64,000 nucleotides of DNA, from assembly GCA_943369235.1 (NCBI GenBank), contig CALRMO020000001.1, forward strand, positions 8,211 through 72,210. The letters run 5' to 3'. This document shows positions 10,805-19,907 of the stretch, in pieces (position 1 is the stretch's first letter; the number at the start of each line of letters is the position of its first letter). The notes under the pieces are model-generated. The model was not told the origin of the DNA. It saw nothing but the letters and a program-made list of their open reading frames with translations, and made no database searches. Source of the DNA: Sphingomonas paucimobilis (GTDB lineage Bacteria; Pseudomonadota; Alphaproteobacteria; Sphingomonadales; Sphingomonadaceae). The translations under genes were made by a program, and so were the position numbers.

Positions 10805-10836
10805 GGAGTTGGGTCCCCGCCTGCGCGGGGATGACG
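10805..10836 (-). repeat. CGTC-tagged REP, upstream arm of the GIY-YIG cassette
   Basis: Minus strand CGTCA-TCCCCGC-GCAG-GCGGGGA-CCCAACTCC; compensatory T-A to C-G change versus the other arm. Confidence 0.9.
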
Positions 10837-10852
10837 AGAGTTATCTGCATAA

Positions 10853-10894
10853 GCAAAAGGGCGCGAACGGCAAGTGCCGCCCACGCCCTTTTGC
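10853..10894 (-). terminator. Intrinsic terminator after rplT
   Basis: 11 bp stem GCAAAAGGGCG / CGCCCTTTTGC with an inner CGGC/GCCG hairpin. Confidence 0.7.
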
Positions 10895-10916
10895 GCATTG
10901 TTTCGAAGTTGGAAGC

Positions 10917-11282
10917 TTAAGCTGCTTTAGACAGCGCCGCCTTCGACTGCGCAATGATGGTGCTAAACATCGCGCCTTCGTTCATCGCCAGATCGGCAAG
11001 GATTTTGCGGTCGAGATCGACGCCAGCAAGCTTCAGCCCGTGCATGAACACGCCGTAGGTCATGCCTTCGGCACGAACGGCGGCGTTGATGCGCTGAATC
11101 CACAAAGCGCGGAAGTTGCGCTTGTTTACCTTGCGGTCGCGATACGCATATTGGCCGGCCTTTTCGACAGCCTGCCGCGCAACACGGATGGTATTTTTGC
11201 GACGGCCACGAAAGCCCTTCGCCTGATCCAATATTCTTTTATGTTTGGCGTGAGTGGTTACACCCCGTTTGACGCGTGCCAT
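10917..11282 (-). CDS. rplT: 50S ribosomal protein L20
   Basis: MARVKRGVT...[23 protein letters not shown]. Confidence 0.99.
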   Translation of the reverse strand: MARVKRGVTTHAKHKRILDQAKGFRGRRKNTIRVARQAVEKAGQYAYRDRKVNKRNFRALWIQRINAAVRAEGMTYGVFMHGLKLAGVDLDRKILADLAMNEGAMFSTIIAQSKAALSKAA

Positions 11283-11319
11283 AATCTATATCCTTTGAAT
11301 GTCAGAAAGTCGCAGAAGG

Positions 11320-11520
11320 TCAGAGACCGTACGGCGCCCATTTCTTGATTGTCTTGGCATCGGGATCGGAGATCACGCTGGTGCCACGGTTCTGGCGGAT
11401 ATATTTCGCATTATGGCTGCTCAAACGGTGCCGTTTTCCAACGACGCCATGCTTGATCTTGCCGGTTGCGGTGATTTTGAAGCGTTTCTTCACACCGCTC
11501 TTGGTCTTGAGCTTGGGCAT
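11320..11520 (-). CDS. rpmI: 50S ribosomal protein L35
   Basis: [21 protein letters not shown]; SD AAGGAG upstream. Confidence 0.99.
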   Translation of the reverse strand: MPKLKTKSGVKKRFKITATGKIKHGVVGKRHRLSSHNAKYIRQNRGTSVISDPDAKTIKKWAPYGL

Positions 11521-11630
11521 TTTGGTCTCCTTTATTGAGTCCGTATCAAGCCTGCATGGCAGCCCTATTGGCCAGCCTGCTTATTCGGAAGGCGCGCGCC
11601 TAGCGGGATTCGCGGGTGAAAGCAAGCAAT

Positions 11631-12515
11631 TCAGTCAAGCAAGCCCGGACGTTGCAGACCCTGGAGCGGATCGCCCAGCGTCCGCGCGCGCGCCTGTACC
11701 GCTGCGCTGCTGATCGGCCGGGGTGTCGCGAGATAGCGCGTCGGCGACATCCCCATGAATTCCTGAAAATCGCGATTGAAATGCGCCTGATCGAAATAAT
11801 GGTCGTCAAGCGCCGCCGACCATTTAAGTTCGGGCTCCATCAGCACATTGGCGAGCGTTCGCAAAAAACGCTGGCGCCGCAAAAGCCGTTTGGGCGGAAA
11901 GCCGAAGACGCGGCGGCATAAACGTTCCAGTCGCTGCGAACTGATGCCCGTCACATCGGAGAGCTCGGCAACATTGGCGGTGTCGGCATCGGTCAGAGCC
12001 ATATGCACCGCCTCGATATCGGCCTCGAGAGCGTCCGGTCCCGACACCGAGCGAAGCACGATGTCATCAACGATCGCGGCGATCTCGTTCACATCGCGGC
12101 ATGGACGAATGGCTGTCCAGATTTTTGCAAAAATTGCAAAATCCGGATTCGTTTCGATGTCGCACGCCTCGTTTGCCCACTGCGCGGCATTGGCCTGGGT
12201 CAACCGGTACCAGCCAAGCGGAAGCAGCCCGACACCAAACATGATGGTTTTATCGCAGCAGATTCGAACCGCTTTGCTGGTGGGGCCCATCATGGTCGCT
12301 AGCGGTGCAACCGCTGGCTCATCCGTCACCAGGCCACCGCGCGATACACCTTCAAGCGTATAGCGCGCGCTCGGCCATTCCGGATGGATAAGGTCTTCGA
12401 GCTGTTCGCCCCTGCCGACATCGCAGCTAAACAGATAATAGGAACTGAGGTAACGCTGAACGGGCAGCGCCGGGGTAACGAATTCGGTTTTGCCGCGCGC
12501 TATCAGTGCTGACAT
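11631..12515 (-). CDS. AraC-like helix-turn-helix regulator
   Basis: C-terminal RLERLCRRVFGFPPK...YFDQAHFNRDFQEFMGMSP. Confidence 0.85.
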   Translation of the reverse strand: MSALIARGKTEFVTPALPVQRYLSSYYLFSCDVGRGEQLEDLIHPEWPSARYTLEGVSRGGLVTDEPAVAPLATMMGPTSKAVRICCDKTIMFGVGLLPLGWYRLTQANAAQWANEACDIETNPDFAIFAKIWTAIRPCRDVNEIAAIVDDIVLRSVSGPDALEADIEAVHMALTDADTANVAELSDVTGISSQRLERLCRRVFGFPPKRLLRRQRFLRTLANVLMEPELKWSAALDDHYFDQAHFNRDFQEFMGMSPTRYLATPRPISSAAVQARARTLGDPLQGLQRPGLLD

Positions 12516-13282
12516 GCAAGCGCCTCCAGCACGTCTTCCAACCGTGCCGGATCGCCCACAGCGATAACATGTCCGCCGGAATCCGCATGCAGCGGATCGC
12601 CTGTCCAGTCACTCATGATGCCACCCGATCCTATTATTACGGGTACTAAAGCAGCAAAATCATGCAGCTTCAAGCCAGCTTCAACGACAATGTCGATGTG
12701 GCCACTGGCAAGCAGCGCATAGTTGTAACAATCACCTCCAAACAGCATGCGTTTATGCGCGGTCTTGGCGGCGAGATCCATGAAATGGGCACCGTCGTGA
12801 TCGCTGAAATACTGAGGGCCGCTGGAGGCGAGCGTCGCCTGCATCAGCGAGGAACATGAACGGGTAGCGATGGGTGCGCCGTTAAGCGTCGTAGGATAGC
12901 CCGTCGCCCCGACCCAGCGTTCGCGAGTGATGCATTGATCGATGACACCGAGCACGGGCCAATTGTCCTCGAGCAATGCAACCAACGTCCCGAATATCGG
13001 ACGTCCCGCCATAAAGCTGACGGTCCCGTCGATCGGGTCGATGACCCAGCTACGGCCTGAAGACCCGGTTTTCTCACCATATTCCTCGCCGATTACGGTA
13101 TCGCGGGGGTATTCGGCGTCGAGTATCCGCCGGATGGCTCCTTCAGCGGCGCGGTCGGCTTCGGTCACCGGCGAGGCGTCGGGCTTTGCTTCATGTTTGA
13201 AATCAGACCGAAAAAAAGGTCGAATGGCATCGCCTGCCGCGTCGGCAAGCCGGTTGGCGAGAGCGACGTCGGCGGGGGTCAT
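12503..13282 (-). CDS. hisN: Histidinol-phosphatase (inositol monophosphatase family)
   Basis: SPVTEADR, GEEYG, WVIDPIDGT, LHDFAAL; directly follows prs. Confidence 0.85.
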   Translation of the reverse strand: MTPADVALANRLADAAGDAIRPFFRSDFKHEAKPDASPVTEADRAAEGAIRRILDAEYPRDTVIGEEYGEKTGSSGRSWVIDPIDGTVSFMAGRPIFGTLVALLEDNWPVLGVIDQCITRERWVGATGYPTTLNGAPIATRSCSSLMQATLASSGPQYFSDHDGAHFMDLAAKTAHKRMLFGGDCYNYALLASGHIDIVVEAGLKLHDFAALVPVIIGSGGIMSDWTGDPLHADSGGHVIAVGDPARLEDVLEALACQH

Positions 13283-14217
13283 CAGTCGAACAGCGAGCTT
13301 ACCGAGCTTTCGTCGGCAATCCGCTTGATGGCTTCACCCAGGAGCGGCGCGATCGGCATTTGCCGGATTTTGGGGCTGTCCTTGGCGGCGTCATAGGCAA
13401 GGATTGAATCGGTTATCACCAGCTTGCGCAAGGTGGACGCGTTGACCCGGTTCACGGCTTCGCCCGACAACACGCCGTGCGTAATATACGCGACGACATC
13501 GGATGCCCCTGCCGCTTTCAAGGCATCGGCGGCATTACACAGCGTCCCAGCCGAATCGGCGATGTCGTCGATCAGGATGCAGAACCGGTCTTTCACGTCG
13601 CCGATTATGTTCATTACTTCGGAAACGCCGGCCTTTTCACGGCGCTTGTCGACGATGGCAAGCGGCGCATCGTCAAGGCGTTTTGCCAGCGCGCGTGCCC
13701 GGACGACACCGCCGACATCGGGCGAAACCACCGTAATATTCTTGTCGCCGTGCCGCGACATTATGTCGGCACTCATCACCGGCGCGCCGTAAAGATTGTC
13801 GGTCGGAATATCGAAAAAGCCCTGAATTTGCCCGGCGTGCAGATCGACGGTCAGCACACGGTCTGCGCCGGCTTCGGTAATAAGGTTCGCCACCAGCTTG
13901 GCCGAAATCGGTGTGCGCGGGCCGGGCTTGCGGTCCTGCCGTGCATAGCCGAAATAGGGAATGACGGCGGTAATCCGCTTTGCCGATGCGCGGCGCAGCG
14001 CGTCGATCATGATCAGCAATTCCATCAAATTGTCGTTCGCGGGATGGCTGGTCGACTGGATCACGAACATATCCTCGCCGCGGACATTTTCGTGGATTTC
14101 AACAAAAATCTCGTTGTCGGCGAAACGGCGAACGCTGGCGTCGGTTAAGGGCAGGCCAAGATAATCGGCGATCCCCTTGGCTAGCGGAAGGTTGCTGTTG
14201 CCAGTCATCAGTTTCAT
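13282..14217 (-). CDS. prs: Ribose-phosphate pyrophosphokinase
   Basis: [42 protein letters not shown]. Confidence 0.98.
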   Translation of the reverse strand: MKLMTGNSNLPLAKGIADYLGLPLTDASVRRFADNEIFVEIHENVRGEDMFVIQSTSHPANDNLMELLIMIDALRRASAKRITAVIPYFGYARQDRKPGPRTPISAKLVANLITEAGADRVLTVDLHAGQIQGFFDIPTDNLYGAPVMSADIMSRHGDKNITVVSPDVGGVVRARALAKRLDDAPLAIVDKRREKAGVSEVMNIIGDVKDRFCILIDDIADSAGTLCNAADALKAAGASDVVAYITHGVLSGEAVNRVNASTLRKLVITDSILAYDAAKDSPKIRQMPIAPLLGEAIKRIADESSVSSLFD

Positions 14218-14328
14218 GCGTGGGTCCCCGAAAAATCCTGCCGCCGGATTCGCGACGTCGCTCTAGCGAGGCAATGCCGCGCTGACAATCGACTTGCGGC
14301 GCTAGATTGTGGACAATAGGGTGCGCCA

Positions 14329-15984
14329 ATGACCGACCAGCTAACAATCGCGATGGCCCAGCTTAACCAGCGCGTGGGCGACCTGTCTGCAAATGCGAAA
14401 GCGATGCTGGAATGGCGGGCGCAGGCGGCTGGCGCAGACCTGATTGTTTTTCCCGAACAGCAGTTGATCGGATATCCGGCCGAGGATCTGGTACTGAAGC
14501 CAGTTTTTGCACGGCACGCGGAGCGGGCGTTGGAGGAGCTGGCCAGGGCAACCGCAGATGATGGCCCGGCAATGCTGGTTGGGTCGATCTTTGTCGATGG
14601 CGGAGCCCTGTATAATGGCATTGCCCTGCTCGACGGGGGAAAGATCGCGGCGGTACGGTATAAGCGCGAACTTCCCAATTACGGGACGTTCGACGAGAAA
14701 CGGATATTTGCGCCGGGTCCGTTGCCCGAACCCATCGAATTTCGCGGGGTTCGTCTCGGTGTGCCGATTTGCGAGGATGGCTGGCTGCCCGATGTGTCGT
14801 TACACCTGAAGCAACGCGGCGCCGAGTTGCTGATTTCCCCTAACGGCAGCCCGTATGAAATCGACAAGGACGACCGCCGCCTTGAGGAGGTCTTTGCAGC
14901 GCGGGTCCGCGACACCGGGCTGCCCTTGCTGTTTCTCAACCGTGTCGGTGGGCAGGATGAGCTGGTGTTCGACGGCAGTTCGTTCGTGCTGAACGCCGAT
15001 GGGGTGGCGGCACATCGGCTGCCCGATTGGGAAGAGCATTTAAGGATAACGCACTGGGAGCGCGGCCAGAGCGGGTGGGTCTGTGCCGACGGGGCCAAGG
15101 CTTTATGGGAGGATCATCCCACCGACATCTATAGCGCGATGGTCGTCGGTCTTCGCGATTATGTCGACACCAACCGCTTTCCCGGTGTCGTGCTGGGCAT
15201 GTCAGGAGGCATCGACAGCGCGATTTGCGCCGCTATCGCTGCCGATGCGCTCGGCCCAGAGCGGGTGTGGTGCGTGATGCTGCCGAGCCGCTATACCAGT
15301 CAGGAAAGCCTCGACGACGCGGCCGAATGCGCGGCATTGATTGGCTGCAAGATCGATACGATCCCGATTTCGCCGGCTGTCGAAGCGTTCGACGACATGT
15401 TGTCGGGAAGCTTTGCCGACCGCGACGTCGATATCACCGAAGAAAATGTTCAGTCGCGGATCCGCGGCGTGACCTTGATGGCGCTCAGCAACAAATTCGG
15501 TCACATGCTGCTCACGACTGGCAACAAGAGCGAGATGAGTGTTGGCTATGCGACGATTTATGGCGACATGGCGGGCGGCTATAACCCGCTTAAGGACGCC
15601 TATAAGATGACGGTGTTTGCGATTGCCGAATGGCGCAACACGCATCGCCCACGGATTGGACTGGGGCACGATGGTCCGGTGATCCCGGAGAATATCATTC
15701 ACAAGCCGCCAAGCGCCGAACTGCGTCCTGACCAGAAAGACAGCGACTCCCTTCCCGATTATCCGGTCTTGGACCAGATGCTTCACGCGCTGGTGGAGGA
15801 AGATCTGTCGGTCGACGAGGTAGTGGCGCGCGGTTTCGACCGTGCGGAAGTCACCCGCATCGAGCGCCTGTTGTATATTGCCGAGTATAAACGGCGGCAG
15901 GCGCCTCCCGGGGTTAAGCTCGGGACGCGCAACTTCGGTCGTGACCGGCGTTATCCGATCACCAATGCATTTCGGAGCGGGTGA
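14329..15984 (+). CDS. nadE: Glutamine-dependent NAD+ synthetase
   Basis: Nitrilase-like domain (FPEQ, KRELPNYGTFDEKR, ICEDGW) plus GMSGGIDSA, TGNKSE, KPPSAEL. Confidence 0.97.
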   Translation: MTDQLTIAMAQLNQRVGDLSANAKAMLEWRAQAAGADLIVFPEQQLIGYPAEDLVLKPVFARHAERALEELARATADDGPAMLVGSIFVDGGALYNGIALLDGGKIAAVRYKRELPNYGTFDEKRIFAPGPLPEPIEFRGVRLGVPICEDGWLPDVSLHLKQRGAELLISPNGSPYEIDKDDRRLEEVFAARVRDTGLPLLFLNRVGGQDELVFDGSSFVLNADGVAAHRLPDWEEHLRITHWERGQSGWVCADGAKALWEDHPTDIYSAMVVGLRDYVDTNRFPGVVLGMSGGIDSAICAAIAADALGPERVWCVMLPSRYTSQESLDDAAECAALIGCKIDTIPISPAVEAFDDMLSGSFADRDVDITEENVQSRIRGVTLMALSNKFGHMLLTTGNKSEMSVGYATIYGDMAGGYNPLKDAYKMTVFAIAEWRNTHRPRIGLGHDGPVIPENIIHKPPSAELRPDQKDSDSLPDYPVLDQMLHALVEEDLSVDEVVARGFDRAEVTRIERLLYIAEYKRRQAPPGVKLGTRNFGRDRRYPITNAFRSG

Positions 15985-16038
15985 GTGCTCAAGCATTAAA
16001 AGGCTTGCGCATTTGATGTAACTATATAACATAACTAT

Positions 16039-16106
16039 CATGAGGCGAGTCCGGGGCGGGTTGCTTTCCATTCGCTCCGGCGTCTCCCTCATGGTGAAGA
16101 GGAGAC
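16039..16106 (+). promoter_or_regulatory. Structured 5' leader of tonB with possible anti-SD/SD pairing
   Basis: CATGAGG/CCTCATG and CCGGGGCG/CGCTCCGG stems; GTCTCC (16082-16087) is complementary to GGAGAC (16101-16106) in the RBS. Confidence 0.4.
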
Positions 16107-16111
16107 CCGAT

Positions 16112-16762
16112 ATGCGCTATGATAGTGAAGATAAACGCGCCCGTCCGCTTGGAATGGGCGCTGCGATATTGTTAAATGGCTCGATTATATTGGCCGTGGC
16201 GCTGTCGCCCATGGTCGCAGCGCCGCCAAAGCCGCGCGATCCGTTCGCGGGCCGCTCGATCGAACTGACACCGCCGCCCAAGCCCGAAGATGAGGTCGAG
16301 CAGGAGGCAACGAAGCTGCCACCGATTTTTACGCCGAAACCGATTACCGAAACAGTGACCGATGAGCAGCGCTTTCAAACTACGAACGAAAAGCAAATCA
16401 CCGACACCGTAGCGCAGGGTGGCGGCGACGATGAAGCGACGTCAGTCATTCGCGAACTGCCCAAGCCGCCAACACCGATATTCAAGGCCGCGATTCGCGA
16501 TGCCCGTTTTGCACGCAACTTCCAACCCGATTATCCAGTCGGAATGCTCAGACAGGAAATTGAAGGTAGCGTTACAGTGCGCGTTCTGGTCGGCACCGAT
16601 GGCAGAGTGCGCCAGGTCCAGATCCTCAGCGCGACCGAACCCGACTTCGCCCGAGCCACCGAAAAACAGGCTTTGAAAGCCTGGCGGTTCAAGCCTGCGA
16701 CGCGCGACGGTGTCCCGGTCGAGGATTGGCAGACGCTAACCGTGCGGTTCGACATCAGCTAG
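16112..16762 (+). CDS. tonB: Energy transducer TonB
   Basis: N-terminal TM helix, Pro-rich linker, C-terminal PDYP...EGSVTVRVLVGTDGRV...WRFKPA; SD GGAG 7 nt before ATG 16112. Confidence 0.9.
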   Translation: MRYDSEDKRARPLGMGAAILLNGSIILAVALSPMVAAPPKPRDPFAGRSIELTPPPKPEDEVEQEATKLPPIFTPKPITETVTDEQRFQTTNEKQITDTVAQGGGDDEATSVIRELPKPPTPIFKAAIRDARFARNFQPDYPVGMLRQEIEGSVTVRVLVGTDGRVRQVQILSATEPDFARATEKQALKAWRFKPATRDGVPVEDWQTLTVRFDIS

Positions 16763-16827
16763 AGGATATCGGGCGGGACGTAATTCCAACACTGGAAATC
16801 GAGGCCCGCCCGCCCTATTGAGGGGAC

Positions 16828-17235
16828 ATGTCCTTTTTCAAAGACGTTTCCTTCCGCAGCGCGGGTTCCGATCTCATCGCCTTCTTGCGCACATCCGGCG
16901 AGCACAGCCCCTGGGTTTTTCTGGCCGCGTGCGTGCCCACGGCGATTATCATCTATACTTTTTATCTGGATACTCTGGAGAAAGCGACGCCGCCGCCCCG
17001 GGAAATCATTTATGTCGAAAGCTGGCCGGCCACGCGAACCCTTGAGGAGTCCAAGGCTGCCATCGCCGAACGGCAAAAACTGAAAGACCAGATGATTGCG
17101 CGAGAAAAGGAGGCGTATAAGGCGTTCGGCAGAGCCGTTGGCATGGACGTCGATCGGATCGAGCGTGAAGCCAAAGCTGAACAGGCGGCAAAAAAAGCCC
17201 GCGAAGCGGCATCGCCCTCAGGAGCGAGGCAATAG
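16828..17235 (+). CDS. Hypothetical membrane-anchored protein
   Basis: One TM segment then a charged helical region; SD GAGGG; operon position between tonB and ribD. Confidence 0.75.
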   Translation: MSFFKDVSFRSAGSDLIAFLRTSGEHSPWVFLAACVPTAIIIYTFYLDTLEKATPPPREIIYVESWPATRTLEESKAAIAERQKLKDQMIAREKEAYKAFGRAVGMDVDRIEREAKAEQAAKKAREAASPSGARQ

Positions 17236-17258
17236 CCACTCCTGACGATCAGCGCTTC

Positions 17259-18203
17259 ATGGCAGCAGCGCTGGCGCTCGCGGAGCGCGGTGTCGGGCGC
17301 ACGGGGAATAATCCGCCAGTCGGCTGTGTTATCGTCAGAAATAATGTCGTCATCGGTCGCGGCTGGACCCAGCCTGGCGGACGCCCGCATGCGGAGGCGA
17401 TGGCACTTGCCCAGGCGGGAGACAGCGCGCGGGGCGCCACCATCTATGTGACGCTGGAACCCTGCGCGCATCAATCCGAACGCGGGCCATCGTGCGCTTC
17501 GAGTATCGTCACGGCGCAACCAGCCAATGTTATCGCGGGTCTTGAAGACCCCGACCCTCGCACTGCAGGAGAGGGGTTTGCGCGGCTTCGACAGGCCGGA
17601 ATCAGGGTTGAAACCGGCGTCATGGCGGCAGAGGTGCGCTCCATATTGGCCGGGTTTATCAGCCGGCTCGGGTTCGGACGACCCTTTGTGACGTTAAAGC
17701 TGGCCACGTCGCTCGACGGTCAAATCGCGATGGCGGACGGCAGCAGCCGCTGGATCACGGGCAGTGCCGCACGCGCGCACGCGCACGTCGAGCGCGCCCG
17801 ATTTGATGCCATATTGGTCGGTGCCGGAACCGTTCGCGCTGATAGCCCGTCTCTGGATGTCAGGCTCGCCGGGATGGAAGACCAAAGCCCACGCCGGATC
17901 ATGCTTGGGAGCGGCGACGCCCCCGATGGTTGGGACGTCATCCGCGCTCCAGAGGATATCGGCGGCCTTGATTGCAACACTTTGCTGGTCGAGGGCGGCG
18001 CGATAACGGCATCTGCCTTCCTGCGCGCCGGGTTGGTCGACAGATTGCTGATTTACCGCGCGCCCGTTTTGATCGGAGCGGGCAAGGCGTGCCTGGGTGA
18101 CATCGGACTTGAACAGTTGAGCGAAGCGCATGATCTTTGGCGGCTTGCCGACACACGCCGCCTTGGCAATGACCGCGTCGAAGTCTACGAAGCGCGTTCA
18201 TAG
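17259..18203 (+). CDS. ribD: Riboflavin biosynthesis deaminase/reductase (start may lie slightly upstream)
   Basis: NPPVGCV, PHAE, TLEPC, LKLATSLDG, LLVEGG. Confidence 0.96.
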   Translation: MAAALALAERGVGRTGNNPPVGCVIVRNNVVIGRGWTQPGGRPHAEAMALAQAGDSARGATIYVTLEPCAHQSERGPSCASSIVTAQPANVIAGLEDPDPRTAGEGFARLRQAGIRVETGVMAAEVRSILAGFISRLGFGRPFVTLKLATSLDGQIAMADGSSRWITGSAARAHAHVERARFDAILVGAGTVRADSPSLDVRLAGMEDQSPRRIMLGSGDAPDGWDVIRAPEDIGGLDCNTLLVEGGAITASAFLRAGLVDRLLIYRAPVLIGAGKACLGDIGLEQLSEAHDLWRLADTRRLGNDRVEVYEARS

Positions 18204-18221
18204 TCCAGAGGCACCGTTTCC

Positions 18222-18830
18222 ATGTTTACCGGAATTATCACTGATATCGGCAAGATTGCCAAGTCCGAGCAGCGTGGCGATCGTCGCCTCGTCATCGAAT
18301 GCGGATATGACATGGAGGGCGTCGCTATCGGCGCATCGATTGCCTGCTCAGGAGTGTGCCTTACGGTCGTCGATAAAGCCGATGGCTGGTTCGCTGTCGA
18401 TGCTTCTGCCGAAACGATTTCGCGCACAGCCTCAGGAATGTGGGACGAAGCGGCGCGGCTTAATCTTGAGCGCGCACTCAAAGTCGGCGATGAATTAGGC
18501 GGCCATATCGTAACCGGCCATGTCGATGGTGTGGGCCAGATCGTGGAGAGCGAGATTATCGGCGATAGCTGGAAAGTGACCATCGCAGCGCCCGCTGCCT
18601 TGGCGCCGTACATCGCGGCAAAGGGTTCGATCACCGTCGATGGTGTGTCACTGACTGTCAATGAAATCGCAGATCAGACGGACGGCCGCGCACACTTCAC
18701 GCTAAACATCATTCCGCATACGGCGCAGATGACAACGCTCGACACGCTTGACGTCGGGCGCGAGGTCAATCTCGAAATCGATGTCCTCGCGCGCTATCTG
18801 AAACGGATGGAAGACCTTCGCCCGCGTTAA
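18222..18830 (+). CDS. ribE: Riboflavin synthase alpha chain
   Basis: MFTGII, GASIACSGVCLTV, NLERAL, GGHIVTGHVDG. Confidence 0.97.
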   Translation: MFTGIITDIGKIAKSEQRGDRRLVIECGYDMEGVAIGASIACSGVCLTVVDKADGWFAVDASAETISRTASGMWDEAARLNLERALKVGDELGGHIVTGHVDGVGQIVESEIIGDSWKVTIAAPAALAPYIAAKGSITVDGVSLTVNEIADQTDGRAHFTLNIIPHTAQMTTLDTLDVGREVNLEIDVLARYLKRMEDLRPR

Positions 18831-19585
18831 AACGGGATCCATTTTTGCTTTTTCGAGAATTTCATATAGCCGACATTGGCGCCCAAACGGAGGCCCGCGC
18901 CCACACGGATCGGAATCAACACGACATCGCCGCGCCGCAAATAGCTCGCGTTAAAGCCGCCGACCAAGTAGGCCACGCCCTCGCCCGAGGGGAAGCGCTT
19001 ATAGATGTCCTCGGTATCGTAAAGATTGTAAACCAGCACGAATGTGCTTCCGGCATTGGCACCAGCGTCAAAGCCGATCGACGGCCCGGTCCAATAAACG
19101 GGCCTTTGTCCCTCTACCTTGTGATTGAGCGTTCCCGAGCCATAGCGCAGCCCGACGACGAACGCTCCGCCGCCCTCGCGGCCAACGATATAGCCATTGG
19201 GGCGGCCTTGCTTTTTCAATATGTCCTCGATCAGCTTGCCCAGGCCCTGCGCGCCTTTGCCGAACACGCCCTCGGCGGCGCCGATCAGGTCATCCTCCTG
19301 GTATGTGTCCTGGCTCGGCGGGGTCAGCGGGGCGGTGGCCGGTTCGACGGCTTGCGAAGCACTCGTTTCCGTGGGCACCCCGTCCTGGACCGTGGTGTTC
19401 TGCTCGGCGGGTGGTGGGGCGACGGGCGGCGGCGTTCCGAGATCGGAATCAATCACATCGTTTGGGTCGACCGTGTTGATCTGGGCGGTAGAGGGGGTTG
19501 CAATCAAGGCGGCGGCGGCGAGCGCGAGCACCACCCGCTTGCAATACGCTCTGAAATCTTGATGATAACCCGATATGCGCATCAC
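18827..19585 (-). CDS. eipA: EipA / DUF1134 periplasmic protein
   Basis: Signal peptide; GRPNGYIVGREGGGAFVVGLRYGSG, YWTGPSIGFD, PIRVGAGLRLGANVGY. Confidence 0.85.
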   Translation of the reverse strand: MMRISGYHQDFRAYCKRVVLALAAAALIATPSTAQINTVDPNDVIDSDLGTPPPVAPPPAEQNTTVQDGVPTETSASQAVEPATAPLTPPSQDTYQEDDLIGAAEGVFGKGAQGLGKLIEDILKKQGRPNGYIVGREGGGAFVVGLRYGSGTLNHKVEGQRPVYWTGPSIGFDAGANAGSTFVLVYNLYDTEDIYKRFPSGEGVAYLVGGFNASYLRRGDVVLIPIRVGAGLRLGANVGYMKFSKKQKWIPF

Positions 19586-19777
19586 GCATCACTCCCGAAA
19601 TTGCCCAGTTAACCTTATGAATCGCCTTGATGAGCGCACAATGAATGGGCGACCACATGAGTCTTATTTGCGCTGGAGCGAATCCCAGCCTGAATTCCGA
19701 AACAGCGTTATAGTCCTGTCGATAACCATTGCAGCCCGCGAAACGCAACGCTATAGGCCGCCGATGCCAAGCGCGCA

Positions 19778-19870
19778 GGAGACGTGGGTGAGTGGCTGAA
19801 ACCAACGGTTTGCTAAACCGTCGTACTGGTAAATCCGGTACCGAGGGTTCGAATCCCTCCGTCTCCGCCA
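19778..19870 (+). tRNA. tRNA-Ser (anticodon GCT)
   Basis: Acceptor stem GGAGACG/CGTCTCC, anticodon arm ACGGT-TTGCTAA-ACCGT, long variable arm, T loop TTCGAAT, 3' GCCA. Confidence 0.97.
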
Positions 19871-19907
19871 GCCTGCCGCACTATATTGGGTGAACCGCGC
19901 GAGACCT

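Noticed and set aside
10794-10898. Upstream extension of the GIY-YIG ORF
   Set aside because: It is a translation of the rplT terminator and the REP (VIPAQAGTQ); the family N-terminus begins at 10793.
17236-17258. FMN riboswitch upstream of ribD
   Set aside because: The gap is only 23 bp and no RFN consensus is visible here or upstream of tonB.
19609-19616. CtrA site upstream of eipA
   Set aside because: Only a half-site (TTAACCTT) is present. It is plausible given reported CtrA control of eipA in Brucella, but too weak to call.
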